The notes under the pieces: generated by a model
The model's database searches: none
Told to the model about the DNA's origin: nothing
Seen by the model: the letters and a program-made list of their open reading frames with translations, nothing else
In this document: piece after piece, positions 1-11,920 of the stretch
Layout: each line of letters starts with the position of its first letter
How positions within the stretch are numbered: the stretch's first letter is position 1
Position numbers and translations under genes: made by a program
Origin: Eledone cirrhosa
Taxonomy: Eukaryota
Assembly (NCBI GenBank): GCA_964016885.1
Contig: OZ024743.1
Coordinates: 13,330,001-13,394,000, forward strand
Direction: 5' to 3'
Length of the DNA stretch: 64,000 nt

Positions 1-3000
1 ACAGTTCAAAGATGATCGAGCCGACCTAATACCATAAGAGTTCTGGCCGTATTGTAGGCTGTGATTTTGAATATTTGGCTGTTAATTTTAGCAGGTCGAA
101 TGTCTACGTAAACACTCCACTATTAGCTGCATCAGTGTCACCCGATCCGGACTGTAGGTTAAAATGAGACTCGCATTCTAACATGCTAGATGGCTTATTC
201 TATGTATTTTGATAGATGCTATTTTGATTTTTAAGAAAATTATTTTATACCCATGCAACGTTAAATTTCCTTCCCCTACCATTTCCAAAATAGTAGAATA
301 GTTGACAGCAATGACATCAACAACGACATCTACACTACATAAATGATATCCATGACTACATTTACATCCACGATAACAACAGCATGTGACATACACACCA
401 AGAACAACAATATCTACATCACTAATGGCTCAACTACAAAAATAGTATCCACAGCAAAATCACCCGTAACAACAAAATTAACAACTCCAGCAACAACATT
501 CTTCACAACACAGTATTCAAAATGTCCTCATCTCCAGCAACATCGACAACAATATGTAGCAACACTAATATAACAACAAAAACATACACAATAACATGTA
601 TCTCGCCAACATCCTGCACGACACACGAAAGCAAGTTTAACAACAATCAAAACGCAAAATAAACTATATAAAAACTATAAAAACGAGGAAAATAACAACA
701 AATTATGAAGAACAATACGATAATAACAGAATAACAACTATGATAAATAATAACAAGCAATAATAAAAGACTAACGACAAATAAACAATAAGAATGAAAT
801 TAAGAACAATAAAATATAATGATTTCTTTATTTGTTCTTTCTTTATTATCTATTGTTTATTATTTATTCATTTATTTACATAAAACAATTCCAACACTAT
901 CGCCACCAAAAGCAACAATCTAAACAGTTAGAAGCTCTCAGAATTCCAACCATCACCATCTCCAAACAATAACATCACGATCAATGACAATAATAGTTAT
1001 ATTCAACAACCCATATAATCTCAATGCCACGCTAACCACCATCCCTCCAACACCTCACTATATCTTCTTGCCGTCCTTCCTCACCGCTTTCTTCTGTTTC
1101 ACACCGCGGATCATCATTTTACATTATATACAACATTCAATAATGGCAACATTCCATTCCATTTATGTATGTAAGCATTTTAGGTGTTATATAAAAAGCA
1201 CTACTGTCATTTACATATAGCATGTGAAATAATCAAAGAATTTTAAATGATGAATGGTTTTTTGGCACATTTCTTTGGTAAAGTTTTCTTTAAATTCTGT
1301 CACAAATGGAAGTGAAGAAAGAAAAATAAATATTTTCACTCTGCAAGGCCTAATGAAGATCCAGATATATCCAGATATATCAAATTGATTTTAGATTGTT
1401 GTAGTCCTATTTCATGTCTTTATATAAAATATATTGTTCAATGTGTCTTCCCTTTCTACGTTGGTGATTTGAGACGTCTGATGCTATTTATAGCTTTCAG
1501 GTTGGCTCTTTCACATAATTTACAGAAATGGGGTACATTTTCAGAAGGTTGTTCATTAAATCCATGTATAAAAACATTATATATTTGTTCGTTTTTCGAA
1601 GAAATGTGAATACTTTGTTGCTTTTACTTTTTCCTGTTTATTCCAGTACTTTCCCCTTCATCCTCCGTCTCTGTTGTATACTTAACGTCAAAAGACGAAT
1701 TTGGGTAGTGTTGTTTGTTACGAGAAAGGGAGATTCCTGCTGTGAGGCCTCAGCGACAAACAGCGAAAGGGGCACTCTGATAACACGCAGGGCCCGTGAC
1801 GTTGATGTTTTTTGTGGTTTTTGTCCACGCTTTTCTTCTATTTACCTCTGAATATCATAGCCGAGGAAAGAGTCCTTCGGTATCTTTGTTAGTTTCGAGA
1901 AACTAAGATGGTGGAATCTCTTTCACTAATTCAAGAGATTGGACCGGTGGTGCTGCTAGAATGGCAATTATAATGTTCTGCTGGTATGGCAAAGATTTAT
2001 ATGATTTTTTCTGCCACAAATTTAACAACTGGGCTTTTTTTCCTGTACCGCCAGTCTCAATGGTTTAATTCTTCGATCCATAACATGCCATGGATTTGCT
2101 TGACGATACCTCAATTAGTCTGGTCGAGATGAACGTAAATAAACGAAAGAAGAAAAGTAATATTTAAGGCTAGGAAGAATATCTTATATCCATTTAAATA
2201 CCATAAATAGTACTCAAAGTATTTAAACAAATATTAATTCATTAACTGACAAGAAGTGACTTGTACATAATGAAAATCGAAGCTTATAATAAGGATGTTT
2301 TGTGTCGATATATATAGATGGGACGTTTCTTCTACTATCCTGTCTATCTAAATCGAAATTCACTCACCCTAACTGCAAACACCCAACTGTTAGTTCGACC
2401 AGTCACGTAGTATTCAAGAATTAAATATAATACATGGCAAAATTAAATATATTCCAATGAATCAGTACCGCTAGCATCCTGTAATTTTATTGTTTACTGT
2501 AATTTTATTGTTTTAATACATCACATTTCTAGACTACAGAGTATCTGAGAGTTGTTAAAAAACCTTTTTTTTTTTTTTAGAAAGTCAGTGTCAGTTTAAA
2601 ACTAATCGGATGTGTTGGGCTGGGCTGTTTTAATAATAATACTCTTGATTGAAATGAAGATTACTATAAGAATTGATTCCTCTTCTACCTTTCTTTAATC
2701 ATGACGGTGGAGGAGACATTATTTTGCAGAAATATTATATTAAACAACACAAAATCAAGTATATCGGTGTGAGATCGTATATTTCACACATGAGAAATAT
2801 AATTCCTTCCGACTTTTTCATATATTCGTATTATAGATTAGAAAATATACATATTACACACTAGCATCGGCGGGGTTGTATAAGTTTATATAATTGCGTT
2901 AGACGTAAATACAAAAGAACACGAAGCATTAAACCGTGTAAATTAACTAATGAAACAAAAACAATCATTAATTCATTAATTTCTTGTAGTTCTCTTGAGA

Positions 3001-4626
3001 TATTTCTCTGGGAAATTTTCTTGGATTCTTGTTTGAGTAGGGTTAGCCTGGAGTTAAACAACAACCACTTGTTTATGAATATTCGGCAACGAAAATAAAC
3101 GCAAAAGAAAAGTCAGCTATTAGCATAATTATTCCGGACAACAGTATTTATAATTTGACTATTTGAATTTTTATTTGTGTGATTTTGTTTATTAACGATT
3201 CTATAAAGAAGCACAAAACATTTGCAGCCCCAATCTCGTCTTCCTTTTAAATTAAGATAACGTTGGAAGTTACACTTCGCTGCTTCAGTTTAAAGCGCTT
3301 ATGTTACAAATCGTTTCACTTGTTTGCAGCGCTGAATTCGAAACCTTCTGTAGCAAATAGACTAAACAGAAACATGACAAACAAAATTAATGACAAAAAT
3401 TACACAAATATAATAACATAGAAAAACATAGCTCCAGACCCCAGCCTGGATACATTTTAAACAGCTAATAGTTAGTTTACACGTGCTTCAAATGTTTTAG
3501 ACATCTACTGGTAAATGACAAGAGAAAACAAAATAAAACGCTGTAAATAAAAGAAAACCTGCAAACAAACAGAAAGAAAGGTTAAGGTGAAAGAGAAAAA
3601 AAATCCTGAATAATTAGTTTTACCGATATTTAAACAAATTAAGAGTTAAAAATAAAACCAATTTATCGAACCTAATTGGCTTTCTTGTAAACTGTGACTA
3701 ATCATAGAGCCTGCACAAGCATTAACTCCACTTCTAATTAGAACAATCACATTATCTCACAGTCTGTGACCTGTGTAATAGAAAACAAGCGTAAGTTCAA
3801 GCTTAAATATTATACACCGGTTGATGCGAAAGATTAAACCGGGTTAAATCGTAAAATATCATGCATGTGGTCAAGTTATTTTCCATTGATATTGTAGTTC
3901 TGTCCACTACGCGTAAACAAATGTTTATGTTCGTTTTTCTTTGTTCTTATCTCTAATGTGATTTAATGGAATTACAAAAAAGAACAAAAAAACAACAACA
4001 ATAAAAACAAACAAAGATAAAACAAACCAGCTACAATCTATAAACGTTTACTGATGAGTAGAACATTCCGAAACGATCGTAGCCATATAGTGATGTTTCG
4101 TCTGTTTCCCTATATTTCCTCTTCAATATTATTTTTGCATAAGAAAAGTAGTGGATGGTAAATCAGAAAGAGTTCCGAACAAAGTGACAAATGATATTTT
4201 GGTACACCTTTTTACACTTTGTAATCAAAGCTTTTTCTATTTCAATTGATGATAAAATGATTACAAGTTTCCTTATATGAATATGTACATAGACTCACAA
4301 CATCTTTAATGCTTTTGTCACAAACTAAATCAAGTCTACAAATCAACTGCTTCAACCGTACTAAAAAGTACTCTTATTGGTCACAGCCCTAGAAGGTGGG
4401 GAAAAAGCAAAATCTGTATACAAAAACAAAACACAACAAACAAAAGACAGAGGGTGGACTCACTTCGAGTAAATGGGTGAGATCAACGAAGTAATATATA
4501 TATATATATATATTAGTAAAAGGAAAAGAAAATGCTGACAAATTTTTCCCAGTGAAAAATAGTTTGATTAGGAATAAGTAAAAATTAGTAATAAGTATTG
4601 GTTAGTATTCAGTTTTAGTTTTAAGT

Positions 4627-4662
4627 TTTTACCGGTTGCGCATTTCTAATGCTTTTCAAAAA
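4627..4662 (-). ncRNA. Hammerhead variant with a U3-A8 core, A13C mutated
   Basis: TTT-TTGAAAA-GCATT AGA AATGC-GCA-ACCGGT-A-AAA, within a 220-bp insert between (TA)n tracts. Same architecture as 8886-8921. Confidence 0.48.
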
Positions 4663-5095
4663 TGATTTTGAGATAGAGCGCCCGTGATTTTTGCTCTAAT
4701 CTAATTAGTGTTACACCTCTATTCTTTTAAATATATATATATATATATTATTCAAAATTTTAACAAATGAAAAATATTCGCATAATCAAAATATATACTT
4801 TATTATATATATTTCAAAGGTACTGTGCTGTTTTTTTCAGTACGTCCTCATCAGTACATCCTCAAACCGTTAGCGAGCTTATACTATTAAATCTACGCTA
4901 AGGTATGTCAATATCTTAACACCAAATATTATATTTTATCTGGTGAAAGCACACTAAAATTTTGTGTCCTTGAAATACGTATAGTAAAATAAATATGGTA
5001 TTATAAAGATATTTTCCATTTATTATATTGTTAATATTAATATATATATATATATATATATACGTCATATACTGTACGTCATTTATTGATATTAA

Positions 5096-5178
<83 letters not shown>

Positions 5179-5180
<2 letters not shown>

Positions 5181-5367
5181 GTTATTCCGGGTTGAATCGG
5201 AGGTAACCACAGTAAGTAAGGTACTCAATACATAGCAGAGTATAACAGTTTTAATATAGAAGAGATTCTACAGGACTAGAACTGTTTCATTCATTAGAAA
5301 TCATCAGGAATCTGGAGATTCCTGATGATTTCTAATGAATGAAACAGTTCTAGTCCTGTAGAATCTC

Positions 5368-5375
<8 letters not shown>
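5179..5375 (-). mobile_element. Short hammerhead-bearing fold-back insertion, copy 1 (PLE pLTR-type)
   Basis: Perfect palindrome 5254-5375 (60-bp arms, GG spacer) plus a 75-bp tail shared with 44149-44218. Lies between (TA)n tracts. Confidence 0.8.
5315..5367 (+). ncRNA. Type I hammerhead ribozyme motif (mirror copy on - strand at about 5263-5313)
   Basis: GAGATTC-CTGATGA-T TTC TAAT GAA T-GAA-ACAG TTCTAGTC CTGT-A-GAATCTC. Stem I 7 bp, canonical core, stem II 3 bp, stem III 4 bp, GUA cleavage triplet. Confidence 0.75.
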
Positions 5376-5398
<23 letters not shown>

Positions 5399-5731
5399 AG
5401 AGGGTGTTAAAGTTTGCTTGAAGCATTGTGAAATGTGTAAAATACGTAGTTAAGAAAGCCACAACAATGCAGAGGGAAATCTCGAGGTAGGAAGTGAATG
5501 ATAGATAGGAGAAACAGGTGAAAGTGAAAATTGAGAGAGACAAAGATGAAAACAAAACAAAGGTAGAAGGGTTACCGTAGTGGAGATTTAATCCCAATAT
5601 TTCGGGCTCACGCCCATCAACGGGGGAAAGTTCCAAAAGGGGGGGGGGGGGGGGACAGGCCAAGCGGAGAAAGTTGTGATGTCGTTAAGACAGGAATGCC
5701 GTTATGGGGAGAAAATTATTTAAAATTTAAA

Positions 5732-6595
5732 ATGAATGAAATTCACCAAATCTTCAACGATACTGACCATCACGTCGATTTCACCATCGAACACCCAGGA
5801 GAAGACGGGTCACTCGCTCTTCTCGACTTCCGTATCAACATCTCGGAAGAAGGAGACATAAACACCACCTTCTACCGCAAAGCAGCGTGCAAGGACTTAT
5901 TTGTGCATTACAACTCAGCCCTCCCCAACAACGCTAAGAGAGGCTATGTCCTAAATGAACTGACACGGATCACTAACAGATGCAGCGACCCGATGGGTGG
6001 TCTCACCCATACCACGCAATTCCGTAATCTACTCAGATCTAATGGTTATCCCAAGCGACTGATTAACGGAATTAGAGACCCCAGACCCACTAGAAACTTA
6101 AATAAAAGCAGGTGCTTCTTTAAAATCCCCCACCTGAGTAAATATACCACGAACGCCATCCGCAGGGCCATACGGACGGAGGGACTTGACATACATTTGG
6201 CCCACACAGGACCTTCGCTGCGAAGATGCCTCTCCAACAAACCCGACGAGTCAGATGGGACGTGTTCCCTCAGCAACTGCCCGATACGGGGGGCAGATTG
6301 CCTACGCACCTATGTCGTATATAAGATTCAATGCGATAAATGTAACAAGTTTTACATAGGTAGCACCATCCGACCCCTACATGTTCGTATCAAGGAACAT
6401 ATCAACACCAACGCATCTTCCTTTCGTAAACACATCCTTAAATGCGGAAACCCACAGGGTAGACCCTTGGTCACAGTCCTAGCGACTGAACGCAGCATCG
6501 GATCCTTAAGGATAAAGGAAGCACTTGTTATTAAGAACCTCAGACCCCCACTTAACAACCGGGCTGAGAGAAATGAGCTGACATGGCTAACTTAA
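5732..6595 (+). CDS. PLE ORF fragment: RT thumb, Cys linker and GIY-YIG endonuclease
   Basis: FTIE...LLDFRI...FYRK...HYNSA...NGYP; CSLSNCP...C; VVYKIQCDKC-KFYIGST-RPL-RIKEH...IKEAL-I...PPLN. No stops. The MPLWGENYLKFK start in the ORF track comes from the inverted arm, not the real protein. Confidence 0.9.
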   Translation: MNEIHQIFNDTDHHVDFTIEHPGEDGSLALLDFRINISEEGDINTTFYRKAACKDLFVHYNSALPNNAKRGYVLNELTRITNRCSDPMGGLTHTTQFRNLLRSNGYPKRLINGIRDPRPTRNLNKSRCFFKIPHLSKYTTNAIRRAIRTEGLDIHLAHTGPSLRRCLSNKPDESDGTCSLSNCPIRGADCLRTYVVYKIQCDKCNKFYIGSTIRPLHVRIKEHINTNASSFRKHILKCGNPQGRPLVTVLATERSIGSLRIKEALVIKNLRPPLNNRAERNELTWLT

Positions 6596-7042
6596 CCATA
6601 GTGACCATTCACAGCCTACGGCCTGCTATCTTCACACACACACACACGTATATGCATACCCATACGCATACACACACACATCTATATTTATACACGCACA
6701 CATGTTTTTACAACCTACCACCTTTCACACCCTTTGATTTCCAGCTTCTACAGCCCACTATCTTTCACACACACACACACTCACACATATACACACTTAC
6801 ACTTATACACACACAGTTACACACACATATATATTTACACACACATATTTTACGGCTTTCACACGCTAGCGCACCCTCTTGATTTAACCCATTTGGTCAG
6901 TAGCTTTTGCCACAGCCTATCACGCGCACGCGCATTCTTTCCCTCGTTTAAATTTTAAATAATTTTCTCCCCATAACGGCATTCCTGTCTTAACGACATC
7001 ACAACTTTCTCCGCTTGGCCTGTTCCCCCCCTTTTGGAACTT

Positions 7043-7078
7043 TCCCCCGTTGATGGGCGTGAGCCCGAAATATTGGGA
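7043..7078 (+). ncRNA. Minimal hammerhead variant in a PLE pLTR (mirror at 5592-5627, - strand)
   Basis: TCCC-CCGTTGA-T-GGGC GTGA GCCC-GAA-ATAT-T-GGGA. Palindromic tetranucleotide replaces stem III. Core deviates from CUGANGA at positions 4 and 6. Confidence 0.62.
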
Positions 7079-7225
7079 TTAAATCTCCACTACGGTAACC
7101 CTTCTACCTTTGTTTTGTTTTCATCTTTGTCTCTCTCAATTTTCACTTTCACCTGTTTCTCCTATCTATCATTCACTTCCTACCTCGAGATTTCCCTCTG
7201 CATTGTTGTGGCTTTCTTAACTACG

Positions 7226-7327
<102 letters not shown>

Positions 7328-7699
7328 ACGTCAATATTTATCATAGTAGCGCTAATGCTTTCGAACATTCTATAATTTATATTTAGAATTAATAAACACA
7401 TAAAAGTAAGACAAAAATTGGGGAAGAACCACATTTCCTAAATATTGTAGTAAGGATATTCTTTTATTTTATTGGATCCAGCCATTAAATTGCGGCTATT
7501 GGTGAGATTCGTTACTCTAAACGTTAGAGTCTAACGATTCACCTGTGCAATCAGAGGATCACCAGTCTTGTCTGATGATCTTGTGAGTACCCAGGTGAGT
7601 CTCCAGAGTAACATGGCTCATTACTTAGCAAAAATAAATGAATATTTAAACTCTACTTCGGTATTGACTTTTGGGACCTGAGAGTACCACCAAACTCCT

Positions 7700-8700
7700 C
7701 CTCTTTCTGTCTATCACAAAATACTCTCTTTTAATCCCCTCTCTGTATTTACTATAACCAAACTCTCCCCCACACTAATATATACCACAGCACCGACTGT
7801 CTTATCCCCCTTCTAACACGAATACACTCATCCCTATCTATAACTATCTACACGTATCTCTCCCAATCCCCCTCTCTATATCAATCAACCATAAACTCTG
7901 CCCCTCTCTATATCTACTACACAGCACTTTCCCATTCTCCCCCTCTCTATATCTAACATACAAAATACTCTTCCAATCTCCCTCTTTATATCAAATACTC
8001 CAAACTCTCTCCATCACCATCTCTATCACATTCTGTCTTAATCGTTCTCTCTCTATCCATCAGAAACTAACCCCTCTATATCTTTTACAACAATGCCTCA
8101 TCCAGTCCCCTTCATATATTTAGCTCTATTTATCTCTCAAACCACATTCATTATATCTACAAGTATTGAAATCTACACTTCTCTATATGTACTACACGAC
8201 ACTGTCTCTCCCAATCGGCCTCTCTATATCAATTACCACCAAACTATCCCCCTCTCTGTATCTATCAATACCTATCTCTATCAATCCTCTCACTCTATTC
8301 ATTACCATCAAACTATTCCCCTCTCTACATCAACCATACAAAACTCTCCCCCAATACCTCTCACTATATCAATTAACACCAAACTTTTCCCATATCTACT
8401 AGAAGGAACTCTCTTCCAATCCACCTCTCTATATGAATTAACACAAAACTCTCCCCATCTCTATATCTACTACACGGAATTCTCTTCCAATCCCCCCTCT
8501 CTATATCTACTACATGGAACTCTCTTCCAATCGCCCCTCTCTATATCAATGAACACTAAACTCTCCCACTCTCTATATCTATTACACGGAACTCTATTTT
8601 AAATACCCTCTCTATATCTACTAGACGGTGCTTTCTTCCAATACCTCTCTCTTAATCAATATATATACATATAGCCTTCATAGAGCACTCTCTTCTCCTT
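7700..8700 (+). repeat. Degenerate minisatellite (CCCCTCTCTATATC-based, alternating subunits of about 30-40 bp)
   Basis: CCCTCTCTATATCTACTACACGGAACTCTCTTCCAATC alternates with CCCTCTCTATATCAATTAACACCAAACTCT. Confidence 0.85.
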
Positions 8701-8723
8701 TACCTTTCCTACGGAAATATTTC

Positions 8724-8762
<39 letters not shown>

Positions 8763-8885
8763 AAAATGAGGTGTTTTTTTTAATTAGAAAAAAAAAACGA
8801 GATGTCCTACACGAGTGAAAGTATAAGGAAAAAAAATGAAATCGAAAATGCAGCTGGAGTCTTTTAAAGAATATTTATTTGTTTC

Positions 8886-8921
8886 CTTTACCGGTTTCAC
8901 AGTTCTTATGCTTTTCAAAAG
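8886..8921 (-). ncRNA. Hammerhead variant with a U3-A8 core
   Basis: CTT-TTGAAAA-GCA TAAGAAC TGT-GAA-ACCGGT-A-AAG, within a 200-bp insert between (TA)n tracts. Confidence 0.55.
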
Positions 8922-8976
8922 TAGAATTGAAATCGAGGTTTTGTGGTTGTTCTCGCATACACACACACATATATAA

Positions 8977-9080
<104 letters not shown>

Positions 9081-9083
9081 GTA

Positions 9084-9122
<39 letters not shown>

Positions 9123-9293
9123 TTCAATCACATATTTTTTTTATTTCTTTGACCCGAATTACTTGGTCGTTTCTAGGGTTGTGCGGATGACGGTTTAACC
9201 ATCGTCTCAGTGTGTTTGGCCTTTAACGTATGTTGTAGCTCTGGTTCGTCAGAATTATTGAGCGCTTGCCACACATTCTCGCTAATTTATATT

Positions 9294-9351
<58 letters not shown>

Positions 9352-9601
9352 AATATATATATATATATATGAAAAATATGAAAACATGGCGTGCTGCGTG
9401 GTTACAAATGGGTTACATATGAATACATTTAGTCCTTCATCAGTGATCTTCCAACCTTCATTGGTATTTCATCGCTTTAAAGACCATATACCTCTGACTG
9501 GTGCGAGCAACGGCTAAACAAAGTCGTTGACACACGTAAATAGGGGGAACGAGTGAGACATATACACACACACATATATATATATATATATTTATTTATT
9601 T

Positions 9602-9633
<32 letters not shown>

Positions 9634-9643
9634 CCATATATAC

Positions 9644-9698
<55 letters not shown>

Positions 9699-10249
9699 AA
9701 TATTTTCTTTATTCTGTACGGTCTATTACATTTATTATTGGTATGTCAGTAAATGCTATAAATAAATAGACGTTTCGAAATTAGAACGCACCGAGCAAAC
9801 TTTTCACAGTGTTGTATATTATACATGCAAAAACTATTTCAAAAAGTTCACTGAAATGGGTTAATGTTTATACGAAGTCTAATTAACCATGAACGATGAC
9901 ATACTTCCCTTTCTCACATGTTAGAGAATTATTATAATCAGTGTCAGATAACACTAGTGTGGGGCTTGTAATGCTGTTATTTAAGCATTTAAGATATTGT
10001 GTTAAGTATTCTCTTCTAATACAGGACTTAATATATAGTAAATTTGGTTTTGGAATTTAACATTGAATGTGAAAGTAAATTTAAATTTAATTGTACTATA
10101 ATTTTGTTTAATAGTTTATAGTTAAAGTACACACTGTACTAACTAATAAATCGCCCACTCTCATTTAATGGGCTGAATTAGAATTATTTAATCTATAATG
10201 TATTAGTATGAATCTTGATTCTTTTAAAGATAATAATTAAGCTCAATGA

Positions 10250-10990
10250 CGAGTTAAATGCATCGGAAGAGTGACAAAAGCCTGCATGTGTACATGTCTG
10301 CATTATATGTTGATATCTGCTTCCCAGAAACGCCCTGTTTCAATAGAGCAAAGCTGTTGTCACTTCCGCTCATGATATTTATTATTAGCATGCTAAGAAA
10401 GATTTGACCTCCGTGAAATTTGACACCGCTCGTCTTCTCATATATGTTGTCCATATTTGGTTTGGACGAGTTACGGAGAATCTTGTGGTCGTGTTGCTGC
10501 CTGGAAGCAATGTAGGAAAGATGATACCAAGGCAACCGAGTTGTACGGCAAATTTTACTTGTTTTTACACAATATCGTTGGATGTTGGATGTTGCATATG
10601 CCATTATCGTATTAAGTTTCATCTTAATTTATATTTATTTTTTCTAACTTGGATGGGTTTATCTCGAGTACTTGAAGCGATATGATGTGCCACTGAAAAT
10701 ATTGAAAGGGGTCATCTGCGATATATTTCTAGTTTATGATCATGTCTAACGCTATCAAAGTAATATCTAGCGTCAAATTTTGAGAGAAGAGGAAAAATCC
10801 GGAGTGATATACTCAAGATTTTGGTTACATAGGGAGCAGCTTTATATTCACATTGAACGCGGGTATCAAATTGAATGAGGCGCACTTTGTGGTCTGTAAG
10901 TGTTTTCTGACCCAAAATTGGGGAACATGTTCCCCACTGTGATAGGGCACGTATCTCCGTCTTTTCTTTCCTAATGCAGCCAAACTAATT
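10250..10990 (-). mobile_element. Highly decayed LINE (Jockey/I-like) RT fragment
   Basis: Weak remnants LTDHKVRL and CLGIIF. Many stops. Confidence 0.3.
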
Positions 10991-11920
10991 TACTGAATCA
11001 TGGTATTATTCCGAGTAATGGATCAAACTTACACACACAGCCATCCGTAAAAGTTGAAAGCAATATTGTACAAAATAATAATACATTCAGTGCAGAGCTA
11101 CAAGAAATATGGGTTCTAAATCATATATTATTCTTGCAGCAATAATAATCTGGCACTGATTATATTACATTTTAACTTTCATGTCTAACTTTATCGAACA
11201 TTTTGTTTAACAAATCCGATAATTGTTACAGCAGCTGTTATATTTTAACGTAGCTTGACGTGCTGTTCTTATTTAGTGGCAATTGATTTTAGCCATAAAT
11301 TTGTTTTCTGTTATCACTATTTCAGCAGCTGTCGATATTCCCTCTTGCTTTTAGTACATCGTGATTAAGCCTGATGTGTACAATGAATAAGATTCTAAAA
11401 AGACATTTTGTATTAATTATATAAACAAAACGAAGAGAAAAACAAAACTCTTTACTGCAACTTATGTTTAGTTTTCATTCATGTTTTTTCCCTTTCCGTT
11501 TGCCTAAAGTCTATAAAGTCTTTATACAGAAACTGCTTGTCTTACAAATATTTATCAGATTTTCGTTTCAATTTCAGATGTGATACTGTTCGAAATCCCT
11601 TAGGAAGGCATTCTATTGCCTAAAATTCATTGTGATACTTTCTTTACTTCAAAATATTCAAGACGGCTGAAGTTTATGGAAGTTTAGGCGTAGAGAGCAG
11701 ACTGGCAGTAACAGAGGAGAAACAACAAAAAATAGAGTCTGCACCAAACTGTCATCACATATCTTGTGATGTTTACCTTGAACTCTCTTCGAACCACTCT
11801 AGCAACAGCGGAGATGAACACGATAATGAACAACTTACACTGCCAAAAGAATCGAATACCAATTGTAAAACAGAAGAAAATGGCCGAACGAAGCAGTCCT
11901 TGTGTGCTGATAAACAGTGT

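Noticed and set aside
1690-2130. N-terminal part of an R4/RTE-type ORF on the minus strand
   Set aside because: Similarity too weak to support without a search.
5370-5663. Duplicated hydrophobic ORF (also 7034-7375)
   Set aside because: A chance frame through the pyrimidine-rich pLTR arms. Only the final MLQANFNTL portion is informative.
5732-6595. Selenoprotein-encoding Naiad-type PLE
   Set aside because: The endonuclease is C-terminal, and there is no in-frame TGA in this ORF or the 17.7-kb ORF.
8093-8602. 169-aa ORF and CRISPR-like periodicity
   Set aside because: It lies in a degenerate minisatellite with no constant repeat and unique spacer structure. The context is eukaryotic with no cas genes.
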